Below the pieces are notes generated by a model. It saw nothing but the letters and a program-made list of their open reading frames with translations. It was not told the DNA's origin and searched no databases. This document shows positions 20,547 through 32,249 of a stretch of DNA of 45,375 nucleotides, piece after piece. This DNA is from Verrucomicrobiota bacterium (GTDB lineage: Bacteria; Verrucomicrobiota; Verrucomicrobiia; Opitutales; Coraliomargaritaceae). Positions within the stretch are counted from its first letter, which is position 1. Each line of letters starts with the position of its first letter. The position numbers and the translations under genes were made by a program. The stretch covers positions 1 through 45,375 of the forward strand of contig JBCBZJ010000023.1 in NCBI GenBank assembly GCA_039815375.1, read 5' to 3'.

Positions 20547-21173
20547 ATGGCATACGAATTACCCGCTTTGACCTACGCTTACGATGCGCTCGAGCCACAC
20601 TTCGACGCTCGCACGATGGAAATCCATCATACCAAACACCACAACACCTACATCACCAATGTGAATGCTGCATTGGAAGGAACCGATCTCGAAGGCAAAG
20701 ATGTCGACGATTTGATCGCAGACCTTTCAGTTATTCCTGAAGCGAAACAAACAGCCGTCCGTAACAACGGTGGCGGTCACGCCAACCATTCTTTCTTCTG
20801 GACCATTCTTAGTCCAAGTGGTGGCGGAGAACCTGTCGGCGATCTAGCCGCTGCAATTGATGCTGAACTCGGAGGCTTCGATGCGTTCAAGGAAGCGTTT
20901 GCGAAGGCAGGTGCCACACGTTTCGGTTCTGGTTGGGCTTGGCTCGTAGTCAAGGCAGACGGCTCTTTGGCTGTGACTTCGACTCCGAATCAGGACTCTC
21001 CTCTCATGAAAGGTGTTGCTGATATCGAAGGCACTCCAGTAATCGGCCTTGATGTTTGGGAGCATGCTTACTACCTGAATTATCAGAACCTCCGCCCGAA
21101 GTATATTGGAGCTTTCTGGAGCTTGGTCGATTGGAACGCAGCTGAAGCCAACTACAAGGCGGCCAAGGCATAA
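20547..21173 (+). CDS. sodA: Superoxide dismutase, Mn-type signature
   Basis: [34 protein letters not shown]. Confidence 0.93.
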   Translation: MAYELPALTYAYDALEPHFDARTMEIHHTKHHNTYITNVNAALEGTDLEGKDVDDLIADLSVIPEAKQTAVRNNGGGHANHSFFWTILSPSGGGEPVGDLAAAIDAELGGFDAFKEAFAKAGATRFGSGWAWLVVKADGSLAVTSTPNQDSPLMKGVADIEGTPVIGLDVWEHAYYLNYQNLRPKYIGAFWSLVDWNAAEANYKAAKA

Positions 21174-21199
21174 ATCCTTTCTAGCCTAATTCACCTTTC

Positions 21200-21226
21200 A
21201 AAGCCGTCCAATCTGGGCGGCTTTTT
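21200..21226 (+). terminator. Terminator after sodA
   Basis: AAAGCCGTCCA-ATC-TGGGCGGC-TTTTT. Confidence 0.85.
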
Positions 21227-21469
21227 GTATACTATTAAAAGGCAACGGGCCACGGCAACGGATCTTCACGGGGCTCGTGAGTTAGCCGATCCATTCCATA
21301 AACTGTAGACGAGCGCATCCCTCGCCCCACCAAGAATCCGTCGGGGAAATGCATTGTCGTTGTGCAGTCCAGAAACAAACTTGCGCGCCCCTTAAAGAGA
21401 AGCTGAAGCATTTTATGAAAGCGGTAGTGCAAACAAGAAAGCCTCCAGGAAGAAGCCTGCGGAGACTAC

Positions 21470-21489
21470 AAAATGGAGCGAGCAAAGAG
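21470..21489 (-). repeat. Direct-repeat copy of the tRNA-Gly 3' end
   Basis: AAAATGGAGCGAGCAAAGAG (21470-21489) matches AAAATGGAGCGAGCGAAGAG (21605-21624) at 19 of 20 bases. Confidence 0.8.
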
Positions 21490-21565
21490 CCTGCCTGCGG
21501 CCGGACCATCTCCACTCATTTTATTCGCTTCTTCGAACCCTAAGTTCTTACCTCTTGGTTCGACC

Positions 21566-21602
21566 AAAAAACGAAGGCCTCCGGCAGATACCGGAGGCCT
21601 TC
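21566..21602 (-). terminator. Terminator after tRNA-Gly
   Basis: 12-bp perfect stem GAAGGCCTCCGG/CCGGAGGCCTTC followed by GTTTTTT on the minus strand. Confidence 0.85.
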
Positions 21603-21604
21603 TG

Positions 21605-21686
<82 letters not shown>

Positions 21687-21761
21687 ATGTTGGGAAAGGA
21701 GGGAGACAATCTATAGCGCGATTTTCTTGTCAACGCGTTTTTTGAAAAAAGAAACTCTCGT

Positions 21762-22628
21762 TTAATCTTCCAAATCCAAGTCAATCAGAAGCCGACGGCG
21801 CACGGTATCGGGCAGTGAGAAAAGCCCATTCTGACTGAGGTTCTCCGCGATTTCATCGCCCAGTAATGCACGAGTGATGCCCTTTAGCTTGGACTGATCA
21901 CGGGGATCGAAGGCAATATAAAAGGAAAGCCGTATCGGATAATCTCCGTAATGGATATTTTCCTTTGTAGGGCCAAATGCAGGAGCATTTTCCTCCGAAG
22001 AGATCATAAGCACTTTGACGTCGTCGCTGTCGGGCAATCTGGAGAGGATTGCGATGGAAGCCGAGTCAGCCGCCAAGAGATCTTCCACTTCTCGAGGCAA
22101 TACCATGGCGACACTGGACTTTAAGCTACTGCCGCTGAACACCGCATATCGAAAAAGCTCTAGCGCAATACTGTCCTGCTCGGTTCCAACAAGTGGTTTG
22201 ATATTACGACTGCCCCACCCAGACAGGCCAAGATCGCCCCAAGTGTTAAAATTGAACTCCTCGTTACCACCAAAGATACCTCCGAGGCGAGACATGGTAA
22301 TCTCATCAAGTGGATTACTGTCATTTACTGCAACCACAGCAACATCGTAAGCAAAGGGGTAAATATTGAACTCATCGCGAGGCACTTCTTGATTCTCGGG
22401 GACTGCGATCACAGCCAAGTCGATTTCATCCGAGCGTAAGCGGTCCAACGCGGGGAGACTGCCGATGCTTTCGATATCCAAATCGACGTTTTCGCTTTGA
22501 GCATATGCCTTGAGCGGTGGCGTGACGTATCCAGCCAAGAGATCAGAAACTGCAATCCGAATCTCTCCAGCACAGGTATGAATCAAAGCAAAAAAGAGTA
22601 GAAGGTGATTAAAACCAGAAAGTTTCAT
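21762..22628 (-). CDS. Periplasmic substrate-binding protein (PstS/PBP2-like)
   Basis: Signal peptide; 'GS..ALDRL....IDLA', 'AVVAVN..NPLDEITM..L..IF.G....W.DLG', and 'GDYPI' typical of PstS-like proteins. Confidence 0.65.
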   Translation of the reverse strand: MKLSGFNHLLLFFALIHTCAGEIRIAVSDLLAGYVTPPLKAYAQSENVDLDIESIGSLPALDRLRSDEIDLAVIAVPENQEVPRDEFNIYPFAYDVAVVAVNDSNPLDEITMSRLGGIFGGNEEFNFNTWGDLGLSGWGSRNIKPLVGTEQDSIALELFRYAVFSGSSLKSSVAMVLPREVEDLLAADSASIAILSRLPDSDDVKVLMISSEENAPAFGPTKENIHYGDYPIRLSFYIAFDPRDQSKLKGITRALLGDEIAENLSQNGLFSLPDTVRRRLLIDLDLED

Positions 22629-22729
22629 AAAAAGCAATAACACAGGGGATAGCTATGCGATGGACAGACCTGATTCCTGAATACTCATTAACGGGAGTCA
22701 AACCCTAACGCGAAGGCAATAAATCAATG

Positions 22730-24100
22730 TCACACATCGAGCTCAGGCCACTGAGAGAGTTTGCGATGAAGAGTGCGTCGGCTGATTCCCATAAGCTGAG
22801 CAGCCCTGGTTCGATTTCCATTGGCTTTGATTAGTGCGCTGCGGAGTAAGCGCTTTTCGTTCTCTTCGCGACTTAGGGTTGGGCTACTCGGCAAAGTCTG
22901 AGGCTCAGGATCAGCAGCCGAGATCAAGGCCGTTGCACTATATTTTGGATCGAGATCGTATTCCGTTAACTCTGCCCCACGTTTCAACACGACTGTATTT
23001 TCGCAGAAATTGCGCAGCTCACGGATGTTGCCCGGCCATCTGTAGGCTTTGAGAACCCTGATCGCGTCTTTACTGAGCTGAATCGGCGGCAAGCTGTTTT
23101 CCTTGCTGAAGTGATTGATGTAGTGGTTCAACAGAACTGGCAGGTCCTCTGGCCGCTCCCGGAGCGGCGGCAAATTAATCGTAATCACGTTCAGGCGATA
23201 GAGTAGATCTTCGCGAAACTCACCACTCTGAGCCATTTCGGTAAGATTGCGATTGGTTGCGCACACAAGGCGCACATCAACTTGAACTGGCTTTGAGCTG
23301 CCAAGACGTTCGAAGGAACGCGTCTCGAGAAAACGAAGCAACTTAACCTGAGTCGATGCGTCGACTTCCCCAATCTCATCAAGGAAGAGGGTGCCACCAT
23401 CAGCTGCTTCGAAACGACCAATCCGACGCTCCGTTGCACCTGTAAAGGCACCTTTCTCATGGCCAAAAAGTTCGCTCTCGAGAAGATTTGCAGCCAAGGC
23501 GGCACAATGCACCGGCACAAATGCCTGTCGTGAGCGCTCACTATTCTGATGGATGGCCTGTGCGATCAATTCCTTGCCTGTCCCGGTTTCCCCCTCCAGC
23601 AAAACGGTCGCCTTCGACGGCGCGACGAGCCGCACCTTGTCGAGCACATCCGTGAGACCCGGCGAATTGCCAACGATACCGGTGAAGCTATATTTCTTGT
23701 CGAGACGTTCATGGAGAACGACGTTCTCTTCTTCGATGGTGCGGGATTTCAGGGCCCGTTTGATCAGAATCTCCAGTTTCTCCAGACTCACTGGTTTAGT
23801 CAAAAAATCGAAGGCTCCATGCCGCATCGCCTCAACTGCCGTTTCGACATTGCCGTAGGCGGTCATCATAATACAAATCGGACGATTAGGCAGCTTGATT
23901 GCCCTGTCGATCACCGTCAGACCCGACTTGCCAGCCATGCGCAAATCCGTAAGCACTACATCAAAAACTTCCGCCTCCATCAGGTTGAAAGCTTCTTCAG
24001 CTCCGGAGGCCATATAGACTTCATAATCGTCCTCTAATGCGAGACCTAGGCCTTCGCGCGTGTTTTTCTCGTCATCGACGATCAAAATTGTTGCTGGCAT
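22730..24100 (-). CDS. Sigma54-dependent response regulator (NtrC family)
   Basis: REC domain (ILIVDDE, TDLRM, KP), [38 protein letters not shown], Fis-type HTH. Start placed at ATG 24100. Confidence 0.95.
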   Translation of the reverse strand: MPATILIVDDEKNTREGLGLALEDDYEVYMASGAEEAFNLMEAEVFDVVLTDLRMAGKSGLTVIDRAIKLPNRPICIMMTAYGNVETAVEAMRHGAFDFLTKPVSLEKLEILIKRALKSRTIEEENVVLHERLDKKYSFTGIVGNSPGLTDVLDKVRLVAPSKATVLLEGETGTGKELIAQAIHQNSERSRQAFVPVHCAALAANLLESELFGHEKGAFTGATERRIGRFEAADGGTLFLDEIGEVDASTQVKLLRFLETRSFERLGSSKPVQVDVRLVCATNRNLTEMAQSGEFREDLLYRLNVITINLPPLRERPEDLPVLLNHYINHFSKENSLPPIQLSKDAIRVLKAYRWPGNIRELRNFCENTVVLKRGAELTEYDLDPKYSATALISAADPEPQTLPSSPTLSREENEKRLLRSALIKANGNRTRAAQLMGISRRTLHRKLSQWPELDV

Positions 24101-24214
24101 GTGTGACAATAAGACGCAAATTAGACAGAAAATCAATCATCCGATTGACATGAAACCAACCACTTTTCCGACTGTCATTGCCCATCAGAAAGCAAATCTA
24201 CCTAAATAAAAGAG

Positions 24215-25210
24215 ATGAATCAGGATCTAACCGCTCCAGAAATACAGGAAAAACTCAAGTCCGCTACCGCTTGGATACCTTCCCTTCGCAAGGAAATTGC
24301 GCAAGTGATCGTCGGCCAGCATTACCTCGTCGACCGACTTCTGGTTGGCCTCCTCGCCAATGGCCACGTCCTCCTCGAAGGCGTGCCGGGCCTCGCCAAG
24401 ACCTTGAGCATCCGGACTCTCGCAACTGCTACCGCTGCAGACTTCAAACGCATTCAGTTCACACCCGATCTGCTGCCGGCAGACGTTGTCGGCACCCTCA
24501 TCTACAGCCCTAAGGAAGAGACGTTTCACACGCGAAAAGGTCCGATCTTTGCGAATCTTATCCTCGCGGACGAAATCAACCGCGCTCCGGCGAAAGTTCA
24601 AAGTGCGCTGCTCGAAGCTATGCAGGAGCGTCAGGTCACTCTTGGCGATGAAACCTACCCACTTCCAGAGCCCTTTCTAGTTCTGGCCACAGAAAATCCA
24701 ATCGATCAAGAGGGCACCTATCCACTTCCCGAAGCTCAGGTCGACCGTTTCATGCTCAAACTGAAGGTCGGTTATCCAAGCAGAACCGACGAACGCGAGA
24801 TTCTTGATCGCATGGCATCCACCGCCCCGAAGCTCGACGTCAATGCCGTCACTTCACTCGACGCAATTCACGAGGCACGGCTGCTCGTCAATGATGTCTA
24901 TGTGGATCCCAAGATCCGCGACTATATTGTTGATCTTATTCTCGCCAGCCGAGAGCCCGCACAATTCAAACTGGATCTCGGTCAATTCATTCAGTTTGGA
25001 GCCAGCCCCCGCGCGACTATCAGCCTAACCCTTGCGGCAAAGGCATGGGCGCTCATGCAAGGCCGCGCCTACGTCATCCCTCAGGACATTAAAGATATCG
25101 GAATGGACGTGCTTCGCCACCGTGTCATTCCAAGCTACGAAGCCGAAGCTGAGGAGATGACCAGCGAAGACCTCGTTCAATCGATCTTCGACGCTGTTCC
25201 TGTCCCTTGA
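24215..25210 (+). CDS. moxR: MoxR-family AAA+ ATPase
   Basis: LLEGVPGLAKT, RIQFTPDLLP, LADEINRAPAKVQSALLEAMQERQVT, EGTYPLPEAQ.DRF, GASPR. Confidence 0.95.
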   Translation: MNQDLTAPEIQEKLKSATAWIPSLRKEIAQVIVGQHYLVDRLLVGLLANGHVLLEGVPGLAKTLSIRTLATATAADFKRIQFTPDLLPADVVGTLIYSPKEETFHTRKGPIFANLILADEINRAPAKVQSALLEAMQERQVTLGDETYPLPEPFLVLATENPIDQEGTYPLPEAQVDRFMLKLKVGYPSRTDEREILDRMASTAPKLDVNAVTSLDAIHEARLLVNDVYVDPKIRDYIVDLILASREPAQFKLDLGQFIQFGASPRATISLTLAAKAWALMQGRAYVIPQDIKDIGMDVLRHRVIPSYEAEAEEMTSEDLVQSIFDAVPVP

Positions 25211-25251
25211 TTCGCCTCAGCCATTAACTGTCCTTTCCTGGCTATTGCGCT

Positions 25252-26133
25252 ATGACCCCAAGCGACATTATTAAAAAAGTCCGCCGCCTCGAGATCCGAA
25301 CCCGCAAGATGGTCACAGATTCGGTAACAGGCGCTTACCACAGCTCTTTCAAAGGCCGGGGCATGGACTTTGAAGAGGTCCGCGAATATGCAATTGGCGA
25401 CGACGTTCGCACCATTGATTGGAATGTCTCGGCTAAAATGGATAGACCTTTTGTTAAGGTCTACCGGGAAGAGCGAGAACTGACCCTCATGCTGCTGATT
25501 GATTTGAGTGCCTCAGGTATTTTTGGGTCGGTTGAGCAAAGCAAACGTGAACGTGCCGCCGAGATCGCCAGCGTCCTGGCTTTCTCCGCCACCCGTAACA
25601 ATGATAAAGTCGGATTGCTCCTCTACACTGGTGATGTCGAGCACTACATTCCGCCCAAAAAAGGCCGTCGCCACATCCTCCGTGTCATCCGGGATATCCT
25701 TTTCTTTGAGCCCAAGGGCCGGGCAACAGACCACGAGACAGCACTCGACTACCTCAACCGCGTCCAGCGCCGTAAAACTGTAACGTTCCTCATCTCTGAC
25801 TTTATCGATGCAGGGCCGTCGCTGTTCAATACCCTCGCACTGACAAATCAGCGCCACGACCTGATCAGTATAGCCTTAACCGATCCCCGCGAAAGCGATC
25901 TACCAGCAGTCGGTCTCATTACTCTCGAAGACGCCGAAAGCGGTGAGATGGTCGAAATCGACACGGGCAAACGCAGCGTCAGGGAACAATACAAGAGTCT
26001 CTCCGATGAACGCTGCGCCATCTTCCAGGCCGGAATGCGCAAAAAAGGCCTCGACTGGATTGAAGCCAGCACTGAAGGCCCCTACCTCCCGGCCCTAAGA
26101 CAACTTTTCGCACGACGTGCCAGCCGCCACTGA
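25252..26133 (+). CDS. DUF58-family protein (vWA-like)
   Basis: G.G.DFEEVREY..GDDVR.IDWNVSA, EEREL, D.SAS, ISDF; canonical position after moxR. Confidence 0.9.
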   Translation: MTPSDIIKKVRRLEIRTRKMVTDSVTGAYHSSFKGRGMDFEEVREYAIGDDVRTIDWNVSAKMDRPFVKVYREERELTLMLLIDLSASGIFGSVEQSKRERAAEIASVLAFSATRNNDKVGLLLYTGDVEHYIPPKKGRRHILRVIRDILFFEPKGRATDHETALDYLNRVQRRKTVTFLISDFIDAGPSLFNTLALTNQRHDLISIALTDPRESDLPAVGLITLEDAESGEMVEIDTGKRSVREQYKSLSDERCAIFQAGMRKKGLDWIEASTEGPYLPALRQLFARRASRH

Positions 26134-26134
26134 T

Positions 26135-26689
26135 ATGTTCCTGCTCGCACAGATACCAGCCCTCAACCCGTCGAATGGAGCGATGCCACAACTGCCACCG
26201 CTTCCGGCAGGACCCTCCCTAGAAAGCGTACGCGGTCCGATCGAGGCCGGCGGGTTCAACACCACGCAGGTCGTTCTTGCTGCTGTAATCGGAGGCCTGA
26301 TTGGTGCTGGGCTCATTTGGTTCTATCTTCGCAAAAAGCGGTCCGTAGAAATCCCTGCAAATCCTCAAGAAGTCGCCCTAGCTGAGCTCAAGGCTGCGGA
26401 GGCAAGTAGCGACAACGAACGCTTCGCGATCACTTGCGCCAATGCAATCCGCCATTTCCTCGAGGCACGCTACAAGCTTCCGGTTGCGACAAAGACCAGC
26501 AGCGAAGCAACCGAACTCCTTCCGCTACCCGGCGATCGAAAAGAGAAAATCAACGAATTCCTTGCCACATGCGATGGCATCAAGTTCGCTCAACAAGCAC
26601 TCAGCGAAGAAAAACGTATCGAACTTTCGGATACAGCAAAAAAGCTCATCCGTGAACTGGATAGAAAGGCGGCGTCCACCGGCACATGA
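26135..26689 (+). CDS. Single-pass membrane protein of the moxR/bat locus
   Basis: One TM segment, then 'AL.EL', 'IR.FLE.RY', 'D.IKFA'; overlaps batA by ATGA. Confidence 0.7.
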   Translation: MFLLAQIPALNPSNGAMPQLPPLPAGPSLESVRGPIEAGGFNTTQVVLAAVIGGLIGAGLIWFYLRKKRSVEIPANPQEVALAELKAAEASSDNERFAITCANAIRHFLEARYKLPVATKTSSEATELLPLPGDRKEKINEFLATCDGIKFAQQALSEEKRIELSDTAKKLIRELDRKAASTGT

Positions 26690-27723
26690 GCTTCTTCCAA
26701 TTCCAGGATCCGGTTTTCTTTGCACTCCTTTCGCTTTTGCCAATTCTGGCATGGTGGATCGGACGTATGGGCCCAGAAGCTGCGATCCGTTTTTCCAGCA
26801 CCTCGCTTGTCAAAACTATCTCCCAAAACCGCCGCAGTCGCCCCGGACAAATGCTCTTCGGACTAAGGCTTCTCGCTCTCGCAGCACTCATCACCGCACT
26901 GGCCCGTCCGCAGATCGGCAAAATGAACGACAGCACCGAGGCAGAGGGGATCGACATTGTGGTGACGCTCGACCTCTCCGGTTCCATGCGGGCGCTCGAT
27001 CTTTCAACCAGAAATGACGTCGTCACGCGCCTGGATGCTGCGAAACGTGTCGTTGAAGACTTTATCGGCAAACGTGAATACGACCGCATCGGTCTGGTGG
27101 CCTTCGCAGCAGACGCCTACGTCGTCAGCCCTCTGACCTTGAATCACGATTGGTTAAAGCGAAATTTACAGCGCCTCGAACTTGGCGAAATCGATGGCAG
27201 TGGCACGGCTATCGGCACCGCCTTAGGCGCCAGTGTCAATCGACTCCGCGACCACGAGGCTCGCAGCCGGATTGTCATTCTATTGACCGACGGAGAGAAC
27301 AATACAGGCACCCTTTCGCCCATTGGAGCTGCCGAAGCGGCAAAAACTTACGGCGTAAAAGTTTACACCATCGCGACGGGCAAGAAGGGTCGCGTCCCCG
27401 TTCCGCAAACTGATCGCAGTGGCCGGATCGTCCGCGACACGGATGGCCAGCCTGTTTACAGAGGCCGGAGTGATCTTTCAAACTACGATGAGACCGAGCT
27501 CCGGGAAATCGCCAGCATGACAGGTGGCAAATTTTATAACGCCACCGAAGACGGCGACCTTGAGCGCATTTATAGCGAGATCGACGAGCTGGAGACCACT
27601 GAGATCGAATTGCGCTCCTACGCCAGCTTTACGGAGCTGTTTATCTGGCCGGCAATTCTAGGGCTGATCCTGCTCGCTGCCGAACAAACCCTGCGCAATA
27701 CCCGCTATCGCCGCCTGCCATGA
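26686..27723 (+). CDS. batA: BatA-like vWA membrane protein
   Basis: [44 protein letters not shown]. Confidence 0.88.
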   Translation: MSFFQFQDPVFFALLSLLPILAWWIGRMGPEAAIRFSSTSLVKTISQNRRSRPGQMLFGLRLLALAALITALARPQIGKMNDSTEAEGIDIVVTLDLSGSMRALDLSTRNDVVTRLDAAKRVVEDFIGKREYDRIGLVAFAADAYVVSPLTLNHDWLKRNLQRLELGEIDGSGTAIGTALGASVNRLRDHEARSRIVILLTDGENNTGTLSPIGAAEAAKTYGVKVYTIATGKKGRVPVPQTDRSGRIVRDTDGQPVYRGRSDLSNYDETELREIASMTGGKFYNATEDGDLERIYSEIDELETTEIELRSYASFTELFIWPAILGLILLAAEQTLRNTRYRRLP

Positions 27724-29678
27724 CCTTTGCGTATTCCATATGGTTGATCGCAACCCCTTTCATCGCTTTGGGGGCAGCCGGTATCATTGCGCTCGGCTGG
27801 CGAAAGCGCAGCGACTTACTCGGTCGCTTCGCCGCACCCAGATTACTTGATCGCTTAACGGAAAAAGCCAGTTTGCAGCGTCTGTTAATTAAGTCGGCTC
27901 TCACAATTCTAGCTATCTCTGCGGTCAGCCTTTCACTCTCTCGGCCGCAGTATGGAGTAGAATGGTCGGAGCGAAAAGCCCGCGGGCTCGATATTGTCTT
28001 CGTGCTCGACAGTTCGAAAAGCATGTTGGCCTCTGATCTACGCCCCAGCCGACTGGAACGAGCAAAGCTAGCCATTCTCGACCTGATAGATCGCCTCGAA
28101 AGCGATCGTATCGGGCTAATCGCCTTTGCCGGCCAAGCCTTTTTGCAAACCCCGCCAACACTCGATTATGCTGCCTTTCGAGAGAGCCTGAATGCTACCG
28201 ATCCATCGATCCTTTCGCGGGGAGGCAGCGACCTTGGCCGCGCGATCGAAGAGGCATCGAAGGCCTTTCCCAGCGAGAACAACGTTAAAGTCGTTGTGCT
28301 ACTGACCGATGGCGAGGATCTGGGTGGGCAAGCTTTGGACTCAGCCCGCAAAGCAGCCAGCGAGGGCATCAGAATCTATACGATCGGAATCGGCACACCT
28401 GAAGGAGTCTACCTCAAGCTGGAAAATTCGGAAGGAATCGAGGAATTCCTCAGGGACAATAACGGCCAACCCGTGCGCAGCCAGCTGGACGAGTCCACTC
28501 TTCAGCAAATCGCCCAGCTGACCGGTGGCAGCTACAGTCAACTCGGCACTGGTGACCTCGGGACACTCTACGACTCCGTCCTTGCATCACTTCCCCGCGA
28601 GGAGCGGGAATCAGAGCTGCAGGAGGTTCGGATCGAACGTTTCCAGTGGCTGCTCTCTGCAGCTCTTGTCTTTCTCGTATTGGAGATTTTGATACGCGGC
28701 CGTAGCAACGCTTCCGCCAAAACCGCCCTACTCCTCCTGATTTCGATTTATTTTGTGCCGAGCCAATCCGAAGCAGCCGATGATTCCCGCAGTGCATTCA
28801 ATCAGGCCTATGCCGCTCTAACTGAAGGAGACTACGCAACTGCCAACCAGCTCTACACTTCCGCAATGCAGCAAACCAAGGACCGCGTATTGCAGCGTGA
28901 CGCACTCTACAATATGGGGCATGCAACTTACCAACAAGGACGCGCTACCTATGAAAGCGGAGACCCACAAACTGCGCTTGAGCAAATTTCTGCAGCTGAA
29001 GAATTGTTTCAATCCGCCCTGGAACTGGACCCGAATGATAAAGTAGCCGAAGATGACTTAAAACGAACTCGATCCGTCCGGGAAGCGATCGAGAAGCTCC
29101 TTGAGCAGCAAAACGAACAAGAGCAGGAACAGGACTCTTCCGAAACACAGGACCAGCAGAACGAGGAGAACCAAGAGCAGGAAAACGAAGAGCAAGAGGA
29201 AGGCTCGGATCAAGAGAACCAGCAAAATCAGGATTCAGAATCGGACGAAGAAAGCCAGGACTCGGAACAGCAAGAGCAGGACAACCAACAAGAATCCCAA
29301 AGCGAAAACGACTCCCAGGAACAAGAAGGCGATCAGAGATCTGAAGAAAGTGAATCTTCCGACGGACAAGAGCAACAGAGCCAGTCCGGCGAAGAGGATG
29401 GCGACGATCCCGAGCAAAGCGAAGCTTCCCGCCCTGAAGAACCAGAAGCCGACGAGGAACAGAATGAGTCACAACCGGTCCCTCAAGTCGGAGAACCGGA
29501 GGAAGACGAATCCGAACAGGATCCGGGCGCATCCAGCCAATCGGCCAGATCGATGCAGGTCGAAGGCATGAGCATCGAAGAAGCGCAGGACCTGCTCGAC
29601 AGCCTGCGCAGAAAAGAAGAAATGTTACCCTTTGCACGCCCGGCTCCGGGCAATGGACAACCACTCAAAGACTGGTAA
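27720..29678 (+). CDS. BatB-BatC-like fusion (vWA + TPR + Q/E-rich linker)
   Basis: LSRPQYG, DSSKSM, LLTDGED, a TM segment, TPR 'ALYNMG..Y', long acidic Gln/Glu tract, ends KDW. Confidence 0.82.
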   Translation: MTFAYSIWLIATPFIALGAAGIIALGWRKRSDLLGRFAAPRLLDRLTEKASLQRLLIKSALTILAISAVSLSLSRPQYGVEWSERKARGLDIVFVLDSSKSMLASDLRPSRLERAKLAILDLIDRLESDRIGLIAFAGQAFLQTPPTLDYAAFRESLNATDPSILSRGGSDLGRAIEEASKAFPSENNVKVVVLLTDGEDLGGQALDSARKAASEGIRIYTIGIGTPEGVYLKLENSEGIEEFLRDNNGQPVRSQLDESTLQQIAQLTGGSYSQLGTGDLGTLYDSVLASLPREERESELQEVRIERFQWLLSAALVFLVLEILIRGRSNASAKTALLLLISIYFVPSQSEAADDSRSAFNQAYAALTEGDYATANQLYTSAMQQTKDRVLQRDALYNMGHATYQQGRATYESGDPQTALEQISAAEELFQSALELDPNDKVAEDDLKRTRSVREAIEKLLEQQNEQEQEQDSSETQDQQNEENQEQENEEQEEGSDQENQQNQDSESDEESQDSEQQEQDNQQESQSENDSQEQEGDQRSEESESSDGQEQQSQSGEEDGDDPEQSEASRPEEPEADEEQNESQPVPQVGEPEEDESEQDPGASSQSARSMQVEGMSIEEAQDLLDSLRRKEEMLPFARPAPGNGQPLKDW

Positions 29679-29686
29679 ATCACCAT

Positions 29687-31483
29687 ATGCGAATAAAGAG
29701 CATAGCACTGTTCACCCTCATCGCCCTACAGCAGACTTTGCTGGCAGAGATCGAAGTGTCTGCACGCTTCAATCCTCCACGTGTCGCCATGGGCGACAAC
29801 ACACAATACATTGTGGAGATCAAGGAAACGAGTTCTACCGCGCAACCGCAGATTGAACGAGTCAACTCGCTACCGATACCCGAACCCGGCGGCCTCGAGC
29901 TTCGCAACGGCCGAACCAGCAGTGGCCAGCAAACACGTTTTATTAATGGCACGGCAGAATACTCGGTCACACAAAACCTCATCATTGATGCCACGCCACC
30001 TCGAGTCGGGCGATACACTATTCCCGCCTATGCTTTTGAATACAAAGGTGAACGATATGTAGCACCGGCAGCTACTCTGGAAGTGGTAGAACGCGACGCC
30101 GACGCAGGCCCAACTACAGATGAGTTGGTTTTTCTTAAAGCAGAAATACCAGAGTCTCTTTACGTGGGCCAAACCAGCACCGTCGAGCTCCAGCTTTTTA
30201 TTGCAGAAGGTGTGCGGCTGAGTGGTCTGAACAGTTTCGACCGAAGTGCAGATGGATTTACGATCAGCGAGCTACCCGAGAATTATGATGAAAGCAGTGG
30301 CATGCTGAACGGCCGTCGCTACAGCATTCTTAAATGGCCCTTGACCCTTACTCCGATTCAGACCGGTCCACAAAAGATCAGCTTTGAATTTGTCATCACC
30401 GCACAGCTCCCGGGTCAGCAAAGAGGTCGTAACTCGTTTGGGCGCAGCCCATTCGGTGGCGGTCTCTTTGATGATTTATTTGGCAAAAGCGAGCGCATGA
30501 ATGTCTATACCGACGTCGATGCAGTTAACGTCCTGTCTCTTCCAGAACCGCAGCCGGATAGCTTCTCCGGAGCAATCGGCGAGTTCTCCATGGAGGTCGG
30601 GACTGATGCCGATGCCACCGTCCAAGGTGAACCTATCATGCTGTCGGTCATTATTCGAGGTCGAGGTAACTTTCCGCGAATCGAGGGACCTGATTTTCCT
30701 AACAGTCCCGACTGGCGAAACTACGATCCAGAGCAGCAATTTGAAGCGATGGATGAACAGGAACTCAGCGGCAGCAAGCGTTTCGATTACCTCTTCGTTC
30801 CCCAACGTGCAGGAAAGCTCAAGCTACCTGAAACCGAGTTCAGTTACTTCGATCCGAGTGAAAGAAAATATATTAAGCTGAGTGCTCCATCAATCGAAGT
30901 GCCGGTCTCGCCAGCTCAGAATACATTTATCCCATCGCCATCCATACCACTGCCAGAATCAAATGGAACCGAATTGGAACTCTCCAGAACGCTTACTGCT
31001 GAAGAGGCCCTTCTAACCTTGGACTACCGTCCAAAAACAGGAAAAACCATCGGAACAGGAATTCTCGCTAGTCCAATCTTCATCGCATTCAACGCTTTTT
31101 CGGCACTCACACTCGTTGGTGCTTCATTACTCTTCGCAAGAATCAGGCGTAATCGCGAAGACCCAACCTATCCGATTCGCAAGGCTGCTAAGGAATTCCT
31201 CAAATCAGAACAAGCTTCCTGCCTCAAAGCATTAGAAAAAGAAGAAGCCGGCCTATTCTATAAAGCTGCCCAATCCGCTATTCGCCATGCAGCCACGGCA
31301 AGAACGGGACACTCCATGATGAGTGCCGAAAGTTCGGAAATCGCTGCATTGCTCTCCGAAAAAACCGCAAGGCAATGCAACACCTTGTTCGAAGTCGCCG
31401 ACGCCCACCGGTTTGGTGGAAGCTCAGCAAAGGAGCTGGCTTCAGCAAAAGAACAACTTGATCAAATCCTAAAGGAGCTATGA
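29687..31483 (+). CDS. batD: BatD-like protein
   Basis: Signal peptide, beta-rich repeats (GRYTIP, YVGQ, FSGAIGEF, P.....FSYFDP), C-terminal TM segment; operon position. Confidence 0.8.
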   Translation: MRIKSIALFTLIALQQTLLAEIEVSARFNPPRVAMGDNTQYIVEIKETSSTAQPQIERVNSLPIPEPGGLELRNGRTSSGQQTRFINGTAEYSVTQNLIIDATPPRVGRYTIPAYAFEYKGERYVAPAATLEVVERDADAGPTTDELVFLKAEIPESLYVGQTSTVELQLFIAEGVRLSGLNSFDRSADGFTISELPENYDESSGMLNGRRYSILKWPLTLTPIQTGPQKISFEFVITAQLPGQQRGRNSFGRSPFGGGLFDDLFGKSERMNVYTDVDAVNVLSLPEPQPDSFSGAIGEFSMEVGTDADATVQGEPIMLSVIIRGRGNFPRIEGPDFPNSPDWRNYDPEQQFEAMDEQELSGSKRFDYLFVPQRAGKLKLPETEFSYFDPSERKYIKLSAPSIEVPVSPAQNTFIPSPSIPLPESNGTELELSRTLTAEEALLTLDYRPKTGKTIGTGILASPIFIAFNAFSALTLVGASLLFARIRRNREDPTYPIRKAAKEFLKSEQASCLKALEKEEAGLFYKAAQSAIRHAATARTGHSMMSAESSEIAALLSEKTARQCNTLFEVADAHRFGGSSAKELASAKEQLDQILKEL

Positions 31484-32196
31484 TGATTCGGACACTCACC
31501 CTATTTGTTATCTCGGCAGCAATGACGCTAGCCGACGACAATTTCCAAAAAGGCGTAGATGCGTATCATGAATCTGAATACGAATCAGCCAGGACTGCAT
31601 TTGAAGAAGCCGTTCAGAAAAACGAAACCGGAGCGGCACGTCACAACCTGGCACTCGCTTATTATCAGGAAAAAGAGATCGGCGAAGCCGTCTGGCAACT
31701 GGAACGGGCACTACTCTTGGAGCCTACCAATGAGCAATACCACTTCAAGCTGGGAGCACTTCGCCAACAACTCGGCTTAACAGTCACAAGGCCTAGCTGG
31801 CATGCCGTCGCAAGCCAATCATTCAGCCAACAGACATGGATCCTCGTCCTCACATTGTCTTTTTGGCTAGGCCTTGGCTCATATATACTACCACGAATTG
31901 CAGGAAAAAGCCCGAGCCTTTGGATTAAAGCGGTTCGTTTCCTGAGCATCACCGGACTCGTCTTTGCAACGGCAGCCCTTTTCCTCAACCGCGAGCAGAT
32001 AACACGAGGTATCGTTATCGTCCAAACACCAATGGACTTGCATGCTGCTCCTGCAAGTGCCGCGCCACAGAGCGGACTTGCCCGACCGGGTGAACGGGCT
32101 CAGTTGCTCGACGAATACAAAGAGTTCTTCGAGATAGAAACCGAAGGCGGCGCACGTGGCTGGATCAGCTCGGAACGCTTGCGAATGCTTCAATAA
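31480..32196 (+). CDS. batE: BatE-like TPR/SH3 protein
   Basis: TPR (HNLALAYY...GEAVWQLERALLL.P), TM segments, SH3b-like end 'GE...G.RGWI'. Confidence 0.75.
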   Translation: MMIRTLTLFVISAAMTLADDNFQKGVDAYHESEYESARTAFEEAVQKNETGAARHNLALAYYQEKEIGEAVWQLERALLLEPTNEQYHFKLGALRQQLGLTVTRPSWHAVASQSFSQQTWILVLTLSFWLGLGSYILPRIAGKSPSLWIKAVRFLSITGLVFATAALFLNREQITRGIVIVQTPMDLHAAPASAAPQSGLARPGERAQLLDEYKEFFEIETEGGARGWISSERLRMLQ

Positions 32197-32225
32197 AAAA
32201 ACCCCGCACAAAAAGAACGGGGTTT
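32195..32225. terminator. Probable bidirectional terminator between batE and the phosphorylase-like gene
   Basis: A-run, AACCCCG...CGGGGTTT stem between convergent stops. Confidence 0.6.
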
Positions 32226-32249
32226 AGTAGTTATAGGGACTGGAGAAAA

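Noticed and set aside
24101..24214. Sigma54 control of the moxR-bat operon by the divergent activator
   Set aside because: No GG-N10-GC element found upstream of moxR; a TTGACA is present instead.
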